64,000 nucleotides of DNA, taken from contig OZ024741.1 of assembly GCA_964016885.1 (NCBI GenBank), positions 103,850,001 to 103,914,000 of the forward strand. The letters are read 5' to 3'. This DNA comes from Eledone cirrhosa (taxonomy: Eukaryota). A model generated the notes under the pieces. It ran no database searches. It saw nothing but the letters and a program-made list of their open reading frames with translations, and was not told the origin of the DNA. Shown here piece after piece: positions 24,965-37,892 of the stretch (positions are counted from its first letter, which is position 1; every line of letters starts with the position of its first letter). The translations under genes and the position numbers were made by a program.

Positions 24965-27900
24965 ATCATCATCATCATCATCGTTTAACGTATTTTGTTA
25001 GAGGTGCCTACTGACTGTAGTAGGTTTTACTTTGTATTTAGGTAAGGCGGGTCTTCTCTATTACTGAGTACCGCCAAAGATCTCGGTCCAGTGACATTGT
25101 CTTGGAGAGGTGTAAGTGTGTGAGGTCGGAATTTATCAGGTCGTCCCAGGTTTTTCTGGGTCTGCCTACTCCGTGGCTACCGTCTATCTTTATTGCCCTG
25201 CACTTTTTTATACAGCTGTCGTCTTTCATGCGCATCACGTGACCATACCAACGTAGTCCTCTCTCGAGTAAACAACATCTGATCCCTCTTATTTCTAATT
25301 TTTCCCTTAGTTCGTTTATGCTTTGCCGTTCACGTATATTACTATTACACATCCAGCGGAGCATGCAAGCTTCGTTCCTCTCTAGTCTGCGTATATCCTC
25401 TGCACACAATGCCCAGGTCTCACTGCCATGCAACATTGCTGTTCGTATGCAGGCATCATACAACCTGCCTTTCATTTTTAGGGAGAACCCTTTAGCGGCT
25501 AATAGTGGTATAAGCTCTCTGAACTTTTTCCATCCAGTTCTGACTCTAGCTACTGTACTTTCAGAGCATCCTCCTCCACTGCTGATTTTGTCAGTCAGGT
25601 AACGGAAGCTGTCCACTATTTCTATAGAACCCTCTGCGCAATTGAAAGAGCTAGTATTTGTGGGCACTTGCTGCTACTTATTGCACCAGAGCACCGGCCA
25701 CATATAAAATCTATGTTCTTAGTTAGCTTACCTGTGATCCCACTACATCTTTTATGCACCCATACTTTGCATTTGGGACATAAAATGGAGTTTCTACCTA
25801 CGCCTTTCCTACACACTGAGCATGGCCATTTCCTGGAAGGGACCAGCGCCTTATTTTCTTTCCTACAAACTAGAACTTTAGTCTTAGCCAGGTTAATTTT
25901 AAGACCTTTTGATTCTAGGCCGTGCTTCCATGTTTGGAATTTCTTCTCTAGCTCAGCCATTGATTCAGCTATGAGCGTTAGATCATCTGCGTATAGGAGT
26001 TCCCATAGGCAGCCGGTCTTGAACTCCACTGTTATAGCCTGAAGGGCAATAATAAATAGTAGGGGGCTAAGAACAGAGCCCTGATGAACACCAACTTTTA
26101 CGCTAAACTCTTCACTATATTCGTTGTTAATTCTAACCTTGCTGACTAAGAGCCCACCAGATAATGGAACGGGGGACTCTGTCGAAGGCTTTCTCCAAGT
26201 CGACAAAAGCTAAGTATAGGGGTTTACTTTTAGCTAGGTACTTCTCCTGTAGTTGTCGTACAATGAAAAGAGCGTCTGTGGTACTTTTGCCTGACACAAA
26301 CCCGAACTGCATTTCATCTAGATCAATTCTCTCTCTGATTAGTTGCGCTATTACTTTTTCCATGACCTTCATGACCTGGTCGATTAATTTAATGCCTCTA
26401 TAGTTACTCCTATCTAGGGCATCTCCTTTACCCTTGTAACAGTTAATGATGATGCTGCTACGCCAGTCCTTCGGAACAACCCCATTCTGTATAACTTCTT
26501 TTACTATCCAGGTGACCATGGTGTGTCCCACCGTTCCAGAGGCTTTCAGCATCTCAGCAACTATTTCCGAAGGCCCAGCCGCCTTACCCGTCTTCATATC
26601 TTTGATTGCCTTACTTATTATACTACCTTCGACTAACACTGCTGGTCCCTCTATTGGGTCGATGTGGGGGAGACTGTCTTTCTCCCATTTATTCTCCTCA
26701 TTTAGTAGCCTTTCGTAGTGACACTTCCAAGCTACCTTCTTATCAGCGTCAGTGATGGCAAGTACGCCATCATCATTAAGTACACACTTCTCCCCGACAA
26801 TATCACGGTTTTCCTTGACACATTGCCTAGCAATCCTGAACACCTCACGTTTTTGGTCCTCGCGTTGTAGAACATGCTTGAACTTTCTTTCCTCTGCTTC
26901 CCTTCTTGCAAAGTTCACTTGTCTCCTAGCTTCCCTGCTGGCCACTTGATAGTCTTCTCTACTTCCCCCATCCCGCCATACTTTCCAAGCCTGCTTTTTG
27001 GCCTTAATTGACTCCTCCACCTTACTGTTCCACCACCATGTTACTCTCCTCCTGCCTACAGGCCTGCTCCAGCCACAGACTTCGTCTGCCGCCTTCAGCA
27101 GGTTTGCTTTCAGGAATTCCCACTGTTCCTCTATATTGTACGACTCTAAATGCTCTTCCTTACTGTCGAAAGCATCAAGTAATATGCTTTTAAATTTATT
27201 TCTGGCTGTGGGGTCCTTTAGCTTCCATATTTTTCTCCTGAGGATAGTCCTCTTCTGCTGTCTAGTACGTCTCGTCCTGACTATGAGGTCGCTAATTATC
27301 AGTCTATGTTGGGAGGTGCATTCTTCATGGGGGAGGGATTTAGTGTTTACAACAGACACTCTGTCACGTCTTCTGGTAAGGATATAATCTACCTGGCTGG
27401 TATGTTCCCCTGATCTGTAGGTGATCAAGTGATTGTCTCGTTTTTTGAAGTTAGTGTTACAGATAGTTAGGTTATTTGCATCACAGAATTCCAGGATTCT
27501 GGAGCCTTCCTCGTTTCTAGTACCAAACCCATAGCCTCCGTGGATTCCGTCATAGCCGTCACAATGTTGTCCAACATGACCATTTAGGTCGCCAGGATTA
27601 ATTATATAGTCACTGTTGGTTATTTGGGAGGTAGTGAGCATCAGTGTCTCATAGAATCTGTCTTTTATAGCGCCAGGCAGTCCGGATTGGGGTGCGTATG
27701 CAGATATTACTGTCACAGTAGTTCTATTTAGAACAAGCCTTATTCTGTCATTCACTCTATTTACATCTATTATCTTATCCACCCATTTTTCTGCTAACAT
27801 GATTCCTACCCCACCCATCCCATTGCCATTTCCCACCCAGAAAAGCTTATAGCAACGTTTTTTACCCACAATGAATCTAGCAGACCCGCCCCTCCACCTG

Positions 27901-28300
27901 GTCTCTTGGATACAGCAAACATCAACCTCCTTACGTTCAAGCATTTCTACAACCTCGTTAGAGCGGCCTTTTAAGGTGCCTACATTCATGGTACCAACTC
28001 TGAAGTTTTGGATTGTGTTTGGAGGATGGGGCGCAGGGAGGGGTGAGGGGGATGGGGTTGGGGTTATGTTGGCCATCCGCGGCCGAAACAAAGAGGAGGG
28101 GGCCTTGCCCTTTCGTCCGGCAGCATGAGGTGAATTTGTCGTTATCTTTGGCATTGTCATCAAGTGTCCAGATTCTTCAGACTCTCCAGAAATTCCTTAG
28201 TCCATCCATCATATCGAAAAGCAGCCAGAAGTGATAGCATAGGCCGTTGACTTGTGATTGGTCCAAATAATAAAGGTGGAGAGTGGGGGCGGGTGGGAGG
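24965..28300 (-). mobile_element. Near full-length RTE LINE (APE endonuclease + RT + PHD-like finger), frameshifted
   Basis: ORFs 26133-28163 (VGTMNV, IQETRW, SAYAPQ, GDLNGHVG, SQHR), 25622-26206 (LLYADDL) and 25038-25667; 59-bp deletion near 26148; 3' UTR internally deleted. Confidence 0.95.
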
Positions 28301-28789
28301 GGTATGGGCTAGTTAGCAAAGAGAAGATTATTTAGAACAAGCGTGGAGAAGATTATTTAGAACAGTGAGACAGAATTATAGGATAGCAATGATTGTAGAT
28401 ATATGGATGAATGAACTGAAGGTTGAGGAGACAAGAAGAAAATGTTATATTATACATTACATTTTTGTAGAAGTTGACTGACCATTAATAAGAGTTGACA
28501 AATTCTGAGTTTTGTCCTTCGTAACATGCTTATTTATATTTGGTTCAAGTAGGGTGTGAGAGAGAGAGAGGGATGTATATGTTAGAGAGAGTGGGGGTAA
28601 TAGCGATTTTGAGGAGCAAGAGAATCCATTTTTATGAATCCTGGAAAAATTTTTCAGCCAAAATGGTAGTGAGAAGATTATTTAGAACAAGCGTGGAGTA
28701 TATAGATGATATTAAGATAGAAGTAAGGGAAACCCCACAGGATAACATTCAGGAACTAGAGATAAGCACTATGGAGAGCATCCAGCAAA

Positions 28790-29430
28790 AAGCCAACCCC
28801 ATCCATCAGAGTATTAAAGTAACTATAGACTACCCAACCAAATATTACCTGTCTTAGACTGTCTGGAAATTAGGAAAACAAAGTACAAATCCTCCATTAG
28901 CATTATGCTAAATGCATGGTTTTCAAATATCTGATCCACCAGAGCTCAGCAGTTCCAGATAATATAAAAATTTGCATCTCAATAGTGGACCTGATAAGAG
29001 TGATTACCTGCATATGTGATTCTAAAGAATTAGAGCAACACATGCAAGTCTTCATCCACCGCATGTAGTTCTCCAGATTCAACCAAAGAGTTAGATCAGA
29101 ATATACAAAGGAGCCAAGGCAAAATCGAAAAACATCATGGAAAAACGATGTGAATGGGATATGTTTCATGTAGAGAACATCTTGGAACAGAAGAGAAAGG
29201 ATAAGCTTGCAATCTCCAATTAATGAAAGGTCATGTTGCTCTGACAGCTTTTGCTTTATATACAAATGAGCTTCGTCAGCCAATGTTCATAAGCATAAAT
29301 TCGATAAGTTTTTAGCTTATTTAATTTTAGCATTCAAGATGACTGAATCCCTCTGACGACAGTTAATGAACCAGAAATGTAACTGTGAGGGTGCTCTCCC
29401 TTTCTCACTGAAAATAGTGGTGGCGTAATC
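28790..29430 (+). mobile_element. Degenerate Penelope-like element remnant with 3' hammerhead-like motif
   Basis: IKVTIDYP..LPVLD, KYLIHQSSAVPDNIK and HMQVFIHRM*FS resemble PLE RT thumb regions; CTGACGA...GAAA motif at 29349-29391. Confidence 0.55.
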
Positions 29431-29571
29431 AGTGTTTTTAAAATTCATAGAAAGGCTACAAAACTGTTTATTTACAGGAACATTTCAATCATGCTATGTC
29501 AGAGCATCACTACCTCTCATATATATATATATATGCTTTATATATTCATATATATAACGACCAGGTCAGAA

Positions 29572-29759
29572 ATAATTGTTTCTACTATTGGCACAAGGCC
29601 AGCAATTACTCAGTACATTACTGGTACTTTATTTTATCGACCTCGTAAGGATGAAAGGCAAAGTTAACCTCGGCGCGATTTGAACTCAGAATGGCAAGGG
29701 CCGTAACTCTATGCGTCAAAGCATGGCGTCCGACCCTCTACCAATCCTGCCAGTTCACC
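29572..29759 (-). mobile_element. Family B SINE with 17-bp TSD
   Basis: ACCAGGTCAGAAATAAT at 29560 and 29761. Confidence 0.88.
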
Positions 29760-29928
29760 AACCAGGTCAGAAATAATGACTGTCAATAGTTACCCACCCC
29801 TGCTTCTGCTACGATCTGCCTAATGGCTCTGTCATCAGCTTCGGAAATTCATAGCTAAAGGCTTTCAACTGTTTATTCGTAAACATACTGTATATCGCTA
29901 GATATAGATATATTTGTATATATATATT

Positions 29929-29977
<49 letters not shown>

Positions 29978-30023
29978 GAAAAGTATAGAATTTATCGTAG
30001 CAAGAAGCCAACAGTATTCCATA

Positions 30024-30055
<32 letters not shown>

Positions 30056-30082
30056 TATATAATATATATATATAATATATAT

Positions 30083-30920
30083 ATCTAAACTATAATAAAG
30101 TAAGAAGCGCGGGACTGCGTACGGTTTATAATTTTTTATCCCATTAGTAAAATAAGTTGGATTACTTTGAATAAATAATTATTTTTACTTTTGGCACAAG
30201 GCCAGCAATTATCCCAGTACATTACTGGTACTTTATTTTATCGACCCCGTAAGGATGAAAGGCAAAGTTAACATCGGCGGGATTTGAACTCAGACCATAA
30301 AGGGCCGTAACTCTTTGCTGCAAAGCATGGTGTCCGACCCTCAACCGATACTGCCAATCCACCGCTTTGAATAAATAATTGTTTCTACTTTTGGCACAAG
30401 GCCAGCAATTACCCAGTGCATTACTGGTACTTTATTTTATCGACCCCGTAAGGATGAAAGGCAAAGTCAACCTCGGCGGGATTTGAACTCAGATCGTAAA
30501 GGGACGTAACTATGCTGGAAAGCATGGCGTCCGAGCCTTTACCGATACTGCCAATCCACCTAAATGAATATTACATAATTTATCTACTAAATTTCGTGGT
30601 TGTTCATTAAATATATTTTATTATTTATTTAAAGATTCACTTTCGGTGGCGATTGCTTAAATAAACATATTAATTTTCCGTCACTAATTTTCTCCTAATG
30701 CAGTTTATATATAATATCGTCTTTTTTTTAATGTATCATGGATTACGTTACTGATTACATAAGACAGTGTAACACAGTGTCTCTTCAATTTCTGTGTATA
30801 TTGTCAATTACGATTTTATTTGATGTATCATATCTACATGTATATATACTTGCATATAATATCAATATACACACTACACATGCTAGCAGAAAACCACCCT
30901 TTGGGTGGTTTTTCTGCTAG
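30083..30920 (+). mobile_element. Helitron-like element with two tandem nested SINEs (30175-30560)
   Basis: Paralogue of 16220-16821 with the same terminal hairpin and CTAG. Confidence 0.7.
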
Positions 30921-30926
30921 TATATA

Positions 30927-32221
30927 CAGGGTGCGGACAATATTTGTTCACAAGATTACTGTCTAGGAAAAAATAACACAGTAGTTTTATTTTTTAAGAT
31001 ATATTTATCAAACTTGGGTCAGTTCGTCTTCATGACTTGTTCTTTCGATCTCACTCGATAAACCCACCATTGGCTTTGATGACGGCCTCAAGGCGGCCTC
31101 GGAACCGGCTACAGGCCTTCGTCACTGTCATCCGACTTAGGCCCCTAAAGGCACTTGTGATCCTGGCCTTCAGATCATCTTTCGTATTGCAGCTAGATCT
31201 GTTGGTGTCTCATTCCACTGCGCCCCACACAAAGAAGTCGAGGGGGTTGCAGTCAGGCGAGATCGGAAGCCAGATGAAGTGTGGTCGACGAAGTTCTCTG
31301 ACAGCCAGGCTTGGGTCTTTCAGCTGGTATGGCAGGGCGCTGAGTCTTGCTGCCACACGTACGGCCTACCTGCAGCTACCTGGTCGATCCAGGGCTTTAC
31401 TACCTCGTTCAGAACGCGGATATAGCCATCAGTTCAGCTTGAGGCCCTCAGGGAAGAAGTGAAGTGGCATGACGTCACCTTGACTGCTGACTACACCTAA
31501 GACCAATGTTGTCGCTGGAAACTTTATCTGCATGACTCTGGGCACATCTTTGGATGAGACAGTGAGCCACCTGTTGTTCTGGGAGTTGATCTTCTGGTCT
31601 TGGCAGAAGTTTTTCTCGTTGGAGAAAAACCACAGCATGTCTGGCTCCAGTGGGTGTTTCAACTTGTTGATCAGCTTTTTGCATGCTTCAGTTGCTTTTC
31701 TTACATCGCCTTTGACAGAAATTGTCCTTTCCTCATCTTGTATGAAATGTAGCAAATGTCTTCATGTACCACCAGCCTAATGAGCTTTTCATCCATGCCT
31801 TTCTCCCTTGCAATGGCACGCATCGACTTGCTAGGTTCATTGTTGATGATATCCTGAACTTCAGCGACGAACTCGGGCGTTCTGAAGGCGTCAGATCATC
31901 GATCATGTTTTCCTCTCTGATGTTGCTTCGTAGTTAAATCCTGAATCTTCCAATTCCTTTCTGACCTTTTCCACCATTCTCCTGCTGACGCTGAGAAAGT
32001 CTGAAATTTCCTTATTTGTCCTCCCGGCGCGGATTCCAAGAAGAACTCTGTGTCTCTTCCACAAAATTGGACGTTCAAAATTATTCATAATCAATTATTC
32101 TGAAAATAAATAATGGAAATATAGTTACTGTTTTTATGAAGACAAGAGTGACAACGGAAGTAAAAAAAATTTGCATAAAATTAGCAGTTAAAAATTGCGA
32201 ACAAATATCGTCCACACCCTG
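30927..32221 (-). mobile_element. Tc1/mariner-superfamily transposon (DD37D/maT-like), pseudogenised
   Basis: TA-CAGGGTGCGGAC...GTCCACACCCTG-TA TIRs; WFFSNEK, NSQNNRW, WQQDSAP, PDCNPLDFFVWG motifs. Confidence 0.9.
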
Positions 32222-32240
32222 TATAATATATATATATATG

Positions 32241-32315
<75 letters not shown>

Positions 32316-32469
32316 GAAAAAAGATGAAATCGAAAATACAACTGGAGTCTTTTTTTAAAAAAACACTCCAGTTGTATTTTCGATTTCCTCTTTTTTCCTT
32401 ATACTTTCACTCCTGTAGGACACCTCGTTTTTTTTTCATTTTGTAAAAAAACCTCACTTTCTAATATAT

Positions 32470-33095
32470 ACATATATATGAATGTATATATAGTGTATTT
32501 TGCAATACACTGTATGCTTAATTAAAAGCATTTTGAAGACCATACGCTATTGTTTTAAAGTAGCGACATTGTCGCTTACTTAAATTTTTTTGGCAGGCAG
32601 GGGGAGATAAGTTGACAGCACTGTTTCGTACTGATTGGTACTTGTCTTCAAAAAGCTTTTAATTAAGCATACACTATATTGCATACACTATATTAATTAA
32701 GCATACACTATATTGCAAAATACACTATATATACATTCATATATATATCGCTATTTCAGAGCACCAATTCTAATTTTCAATTTCTGCTGGGCCGGCGACC
32801 GCTCTGTAAAATCCGTTCCTGATTGTTACTGGAATTCTATAAGAATCCAGCATTCATCATTTTCAGCAGACAGGGAGAGTAGTGAGTTTTGACAAGTACC
32901 CATCAGTACGAAACAGCGCTGTCAACTTATCTCCCCCTGCCTGCCGAAAAAATTTAAGTAAGCGACAATGTCGCTACTTTAAAACAATAGCGTATGGTCT
33001 TCAAAATTCTTTTAATTAAGCATACAGTGTATTGCAAAATACACTATATATACATTCATATATATATCGCTATTTCAGAGCACCAATTCTAATAC
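32470..33095. mobile_element. Non-coding fold-back / pLTR-like element carrying a hammerhead
   Basis: ~32473-32646 is the inverse of ~32891-33065; partial direct repeats; (TA)n flanks. Confidence 0.65.
32885..32927 (+). ncRNA. Hammerhead ribozyme, U3-A8 core variant
   Basis: AGTT-TTGACAA-GTAC-CCATCA-GTAC-GAAA-CAGCGCTG-TC-AACT; all three stems pair; GUC cleavage site. Confidence 0.78.
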
Positions 33096-33169
33096 ATATA
33101 TATATTTCATGAAACCTTAGGTAATAGAATAATTATATTGTGTTGTTTATTGTATAATTAAATAAATAA

Positions 33170-33212
<43 letters not shown>

Positions 33213-33248
33213 TATATAAATATATATATATATTTAGGAAAAAGTATG

Positions 33249-33346
33249 ACCCCGATGGCAGATCTCAAGCCATTTCGACGGCTATTTCTGGACTAAATTA
33301 GAAATTTTAGCCTGGTGAATAAATAGCCGAACTTATCAAGGGGGTA
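33249..33346 (-). ncRNA. Hammerhead ribozyme in PLE pLTR (U3-A8 variant, long stem II)
   Basis: CCCC-TTGATAA-G..GGCTATTT...AAATAGCC..C-GAAA-TGGC-loop-GCCA-TC-GGGG. Confidence 0.72.
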
Positions 33347-36300
33347 CTTCCTTATATGGGAAGATTATAGTTGTCAAGAGGATTGGTTAAAATTTGTTGT
33401 AAACACAAATAAGTCTATCATGGCATTTGGTGGGAGGTAGGGGTGGCTGAACTTGCCTGTAGAACAATAGGGGAGTGAGTGGAGCGGTCAAGCGTTGAAA
33501 GTGATATGTATACAGCAGATTCTAAGGATAGTGTATGAAATGGAGGAGGGAGGTTATAGAATAGGTAATTCGAATGAGAGTAGGAGACAATAAAAGATAA
33601 TAGAAATAAATAAAAAAATATATAAAATTAGATAGTGAGAAATGAATTTAAAAAATCACAATGCTATCTTACAATTACAGGTTAATAAGTTGAGAATAGA
33701 AAAAACTTGTAGAAATTGAGTAGTAACAAAACTGATACAAAATTAAAGGGGTTTAACACATCTGCTATAAGTAGTTAGTAAAACATATTCGGCCAATTCT
33801 ATCTTAAAATTACAGGGGTGGGGGAACTGATGCTACAGAGGCCCGATGGGCTGCATCGGGGTAGGCGAAAGGGGAAAAGCAGACGAGGAAGAAAATAGGG
33901 TTGGAAGGAAGTGATAGGATGAGACAGAGGGAAGAAAAAGACAAAGAGGAAAAGAAAAGAGATACATCTACCTATGTAAGCTGGGGTTTCCCCTAACTTA
34001 TTCGGCAAGTGGGAGGGTATCAGCCCTTGTCTACCCACCCGGGTTGTTATGGGGTTTGAGGGCGAGGTAAGTCCTACGCAATCTGTGTTTGCATGCGGTT
34101 ACCAGTTCGTCTTTCTTGTTTAGGAGTTGGTCCTTCGAAAACAGCATTTATAATGTTTCCTCCGAGCATAAGTTACACGAACGGCATCCTCCCGTGTAAG
34201 AGTTAGCTCTGGACAGTAAGCTCCAAGTGAGATTGTAGGTTATATTATTATCTTGGAGGTCCCAGATGTGGCCCAAAAGTGTAGTGGCATGTCTCCGGAC
34301 CGGGTTTCGGAAAGTATGTCGGTGTTGGTAGAGCCGGGTCTTGAAGTCACAAGTGGTTAATCCTATATAAGCTTTGTTGGAGGTGTCCGTCCTCACGTTG
34401 CACTGTAGATCACATTACGTTCTCGGCATTTGTTGTTGAAAGGGCACGTAGATCTGTCAGGGCAGTTACACCTCCTGGTCGGCTCCCCACTGATGTCTAG
34501 GTTGTTTCTTCCATAGGGGTTGAGTTTTTTGTTGTTTGAGGAGACGATGTTTCGTGCGAAGTTAGGTGTGGTGCTGTAGGAGAGTTTGATGGTGTTTTTG
34601 TTGATTATGTTGTGGTAGCGGTGTTGTAGTGTGAAGTGTTTTTCGAGGAGCCTAAAAAGATTTTCCCAATAGGTGTTGCCACCTCGGCATTATGGCCAGA
34701 TAAAAGGATATTTCCTCCCGGAAGCCACTCCACTTGAGGGCCTGGTTGTAATGAGGCGCGTGTTCGTCGAATATCTGCTCATTAGCGGACAAACGAGATA
34801 TGCGGAGGGAGATGTTTTTAACCAGGTTATTGGTGATGTTTCTAAGATGGTTAGAGCGGCGGTGGATGTAGTGCAGGTTGTCGTTTTGTTTCCTGTATGG
34901 GTAGTACAGATCATTTTCGATGTTAAGGGTAACTTCCAGGAAATTGACTCAGGTTAGGGACGTTTGTAGGGTGATTTTAAATCCCCAGTTCCAGAAGAAG
35001 TTGATTAGTTGTTTACGGACCCGGTCTGTACTACTGGGGTTGTACCCTTTGAGGGTGAGGAGCCTATCATCCCGGTACAATCCACCGCCGAATGCAGGAA
35101 ACATTTCGGTGAGTTTAAATAGTAGCAATAATCCTATAAGATCTGTGATCTCGGCTGAATCCGTCGCGCCCATACTGACGTCGAAGGAGGAGTCGGGAGT
35201 TCTCTTTATCCACTTGGAGTCGTCGAAAAGTAGGACTGTCTTCCTGGCGTGGAGAATGATATTTCTTTCTTGGTCAGTGATGGGTGTGAGTGTTTCGGCA
35301 AAGTCCAAGGAGCGGTAAGGTAATAGATGCATAGTAACTCTCTATGTCAAACTGGATGAATTTTGTGTCTCGTTTGTCCTCCATATTCCTGAACCATGAG
35401 ATTACTTCCTGGGTGCTGACCCATAGGCTAAGTCTCAAGTTTTGCTTAACTTTTGGTATAACGCGATTGAGGATCTTTTTGCTGATTCTCCCTATGTCCG
35501 ACTTCGTTGGGTTTATAAGCCTAATGGATGGTTTGCGGTCGAAGTCGGATTTGTGGTCCTTCAGTGTGAAGTAGGTAGTCCGTGGATCTAGGGGTTCAGT
35601 GCGGTCAGCGACTCCGAGGCTGGAGGTAATTTGTTAGGATTAACCGCTTGTGACTTCAAGACCCAGCTCTACCAACACCGACATACTTTCCGAAACCCAG
35701 TCCGGCGACATGCCACTACACTTTCGGGCCACATCTGGGACCTCCAAGATAATAATATAACCTACAATCTCACTTGGAGCTTACTGTCCAGAGCTAACTC
35801 TTACACGGGAGGACGCCATCCGTGTAACTTATGCTTGGAGGAAACATTACAAATGCTGTTTTCGAAGGACCAACTCCTAAACAAGAAAGACGAACTGGTA
35901 ACCGCATGCAAACACAGATTGCGTAAGACTTACCTCGCCCTCAAACCCCATAACGACCCAGGTGGGTAGACAAGGGCTGATACCCCCCCCCCCCCCCCAC
36001 TTGCCGAATAAGTTAGGGGAAACCCCAGTTTACATAGGTAGATGTATTTTTTTTCTTTACCTCTTTGTCTTCTTCCCCTTGACTCATCCTATCACTTCCT
36101 TCCATCCCCTATTTTTTTCCTCGTCTGCTTTTTCCCTTTCGCCTACCCCGATGTAGCCCATCGGGCCTCTGTAGCATCAGTTCCCCCACTCCTGTAATTT
36201 AAAGATAGAATTGGCTGAATACGTTTTACTAACTACTTATAGCAGATGTGTTAGACCCCTTTAATTTTGTATCAGTTTTGTTACTACTCAATTTCTACAA

Positions 36301-36662
36301 GTTTTTTCTATTCTCAACTTATTAACCTGTAATTGTAAGATAGCATTGTGATTTTTTTAATTCATTTCTCATTATCTAATTTTATATATATTTTTTTTTT
36401 ATTTCTATTATCTTTTATTGTCTCCTACCCTCATTCGATTTACCTATCCTATAACCTCCCTCCTCCACTTCATACACTATCCTTAGAATCTGCTGTATAC
36501 ATATCACTTTCAACGCTTGACTGCTCCACTCACTCCCCTATTGTTCTACAGGCAAGTCTAGCCATACCTACCTCCTACCAAATGCCATGATAGACTTATT
36601 TGTGTTTACAACAAATTTTAACCAATCCTCTTGACAACTACAATTTTCCCATATAAGGAAGT

Positions 36663-36760
36663 ACTCCCTTGACAAGTTCGGCTATTTATTCACCAGGCTA
36701 AAAATTCTAATTTAGTCCAGAAATAGCTGTCGAAACGGCTTGAGCTCTGCCGTCGGGGGT
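36663..36760 (+). ncRNA. Hammerhead ribozyme in inverted pLTR copy
   Basis: CTCCC-TTGACAA-G..GGCTATTT...AAATAGCT..C-GAAA-CGGC-loop-GCCG-TC-GGGGG. Confidence 0.75.
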
Positions 36761-36851
36761 CATACTTTTTCCTATTTCCCACTCTACTACCCTAAGTATT
36801 GAGTACTCTGGTGCGTTATGGTCCATCTGGTTCCTTACCACAATTCCTTTG

Positions 36852-36897
<46 letters not shown>

Positions 36898-37073
36898 ATA
36901 ATATTATTTATACTTATATATACACTATATATAATTATAAAGAGGAAAGGTCAGTAATTCATTACCACCTTATTACCAGTAAGAAAAATAGCTCAATGTA
37001 AATACATCAGATGTTTTACAGAGCCGGAATATAAATTACAGAATAATCAAAACTATGTTCAAAACATTTTATT

Positions 37074-37118
37074 GCTGACAATCGTTTCTTCCAAACTTTC
37101 GTTTGGAATCATCGGAGC
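37074..37118 (-). ncRNA. Hammerhead ribozyme motif
   Basis: GCT-CCGATGA-TTCCAAAC-GAAA-GTTTGGAA-GAAA-CGATTG-TC-AGC; perfect 8-bp stem II; U4C core change. Confidence 0.68.
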
Positions 37119-37892
37119 CCAGCACTAGCAAAGTTTAGACATATAATTAACCTCCTATTCCACAGAAAAATTGTTAAGATACGTAGATGTTAGTGTTGTC
37201 ATTAACAGTGTCATATTTAAAGAGTGAAGATGATGTGGTCAGTATCAGTGGATGTGACAAAGATTATAAAAGAATAATATAACAATTATAGAGGAATTAA
37301 AGAAGAAAGTTACTCGCAAAATGAGGACATTAGCAGTACATATGCAAGTGTATAGAAAGAGTGCAGATGTGTTAGGCATGTACAAAATAACCAGGTAAGA
37401 AACAAACAATAGTACTAAGTATATATATCACTGTATGGCAAAGGTATCACATAATACAATACAATTATAAAAGCATATTAAGCAGACAGAGATGCGTGGG
37501 TATGAAAAGCAGTTTCTATGAAGTTTATGGTGGATGCAAGGTGATAATTGTTCCGGTAATGTTCAAATGTTTTCCTTTCAAATACACTGGTTATATTTTG
37601 GTAAATGTTTATTAGTAGCTACAACTATGGATTGTATATTGGTCCTATTACAATCTTATCAAGGGTTCGAGTTGTTCTGGAGTGATCTGTCTAACGGTTT
37701 AATTTCAGGAAGTGATTAGAGATCGATACTAAGGGGAGGTAATTGGCGATTACTTTGTATATAAGAGAAAAATGTATAGTTGTTTACAACTCCAATTAGT
37801 TAAATTCTATGTGTTAATATACAATATATTATGTTATAAGTGAATCCTTTTATATAATGCTATTTATTTTTAAATTTATATATTTAATTTTA

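Larger units (their letters stand above)
33236..36852 (-). mobile_element. Penelope-like element (RT + C-terminal GIY-YIG) with inverted pseudo-LTR
   Basis: Minus 35630->34040: TLKDHK, RLINPTKS, FIQFDI, FDVSMG, GLYRDD, CNC..CPF, VIY..YIGLT, FKTR; 35631-36772 is an inverted copy of the 3' end; (TA)n flanks. Confidence 0.92.
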
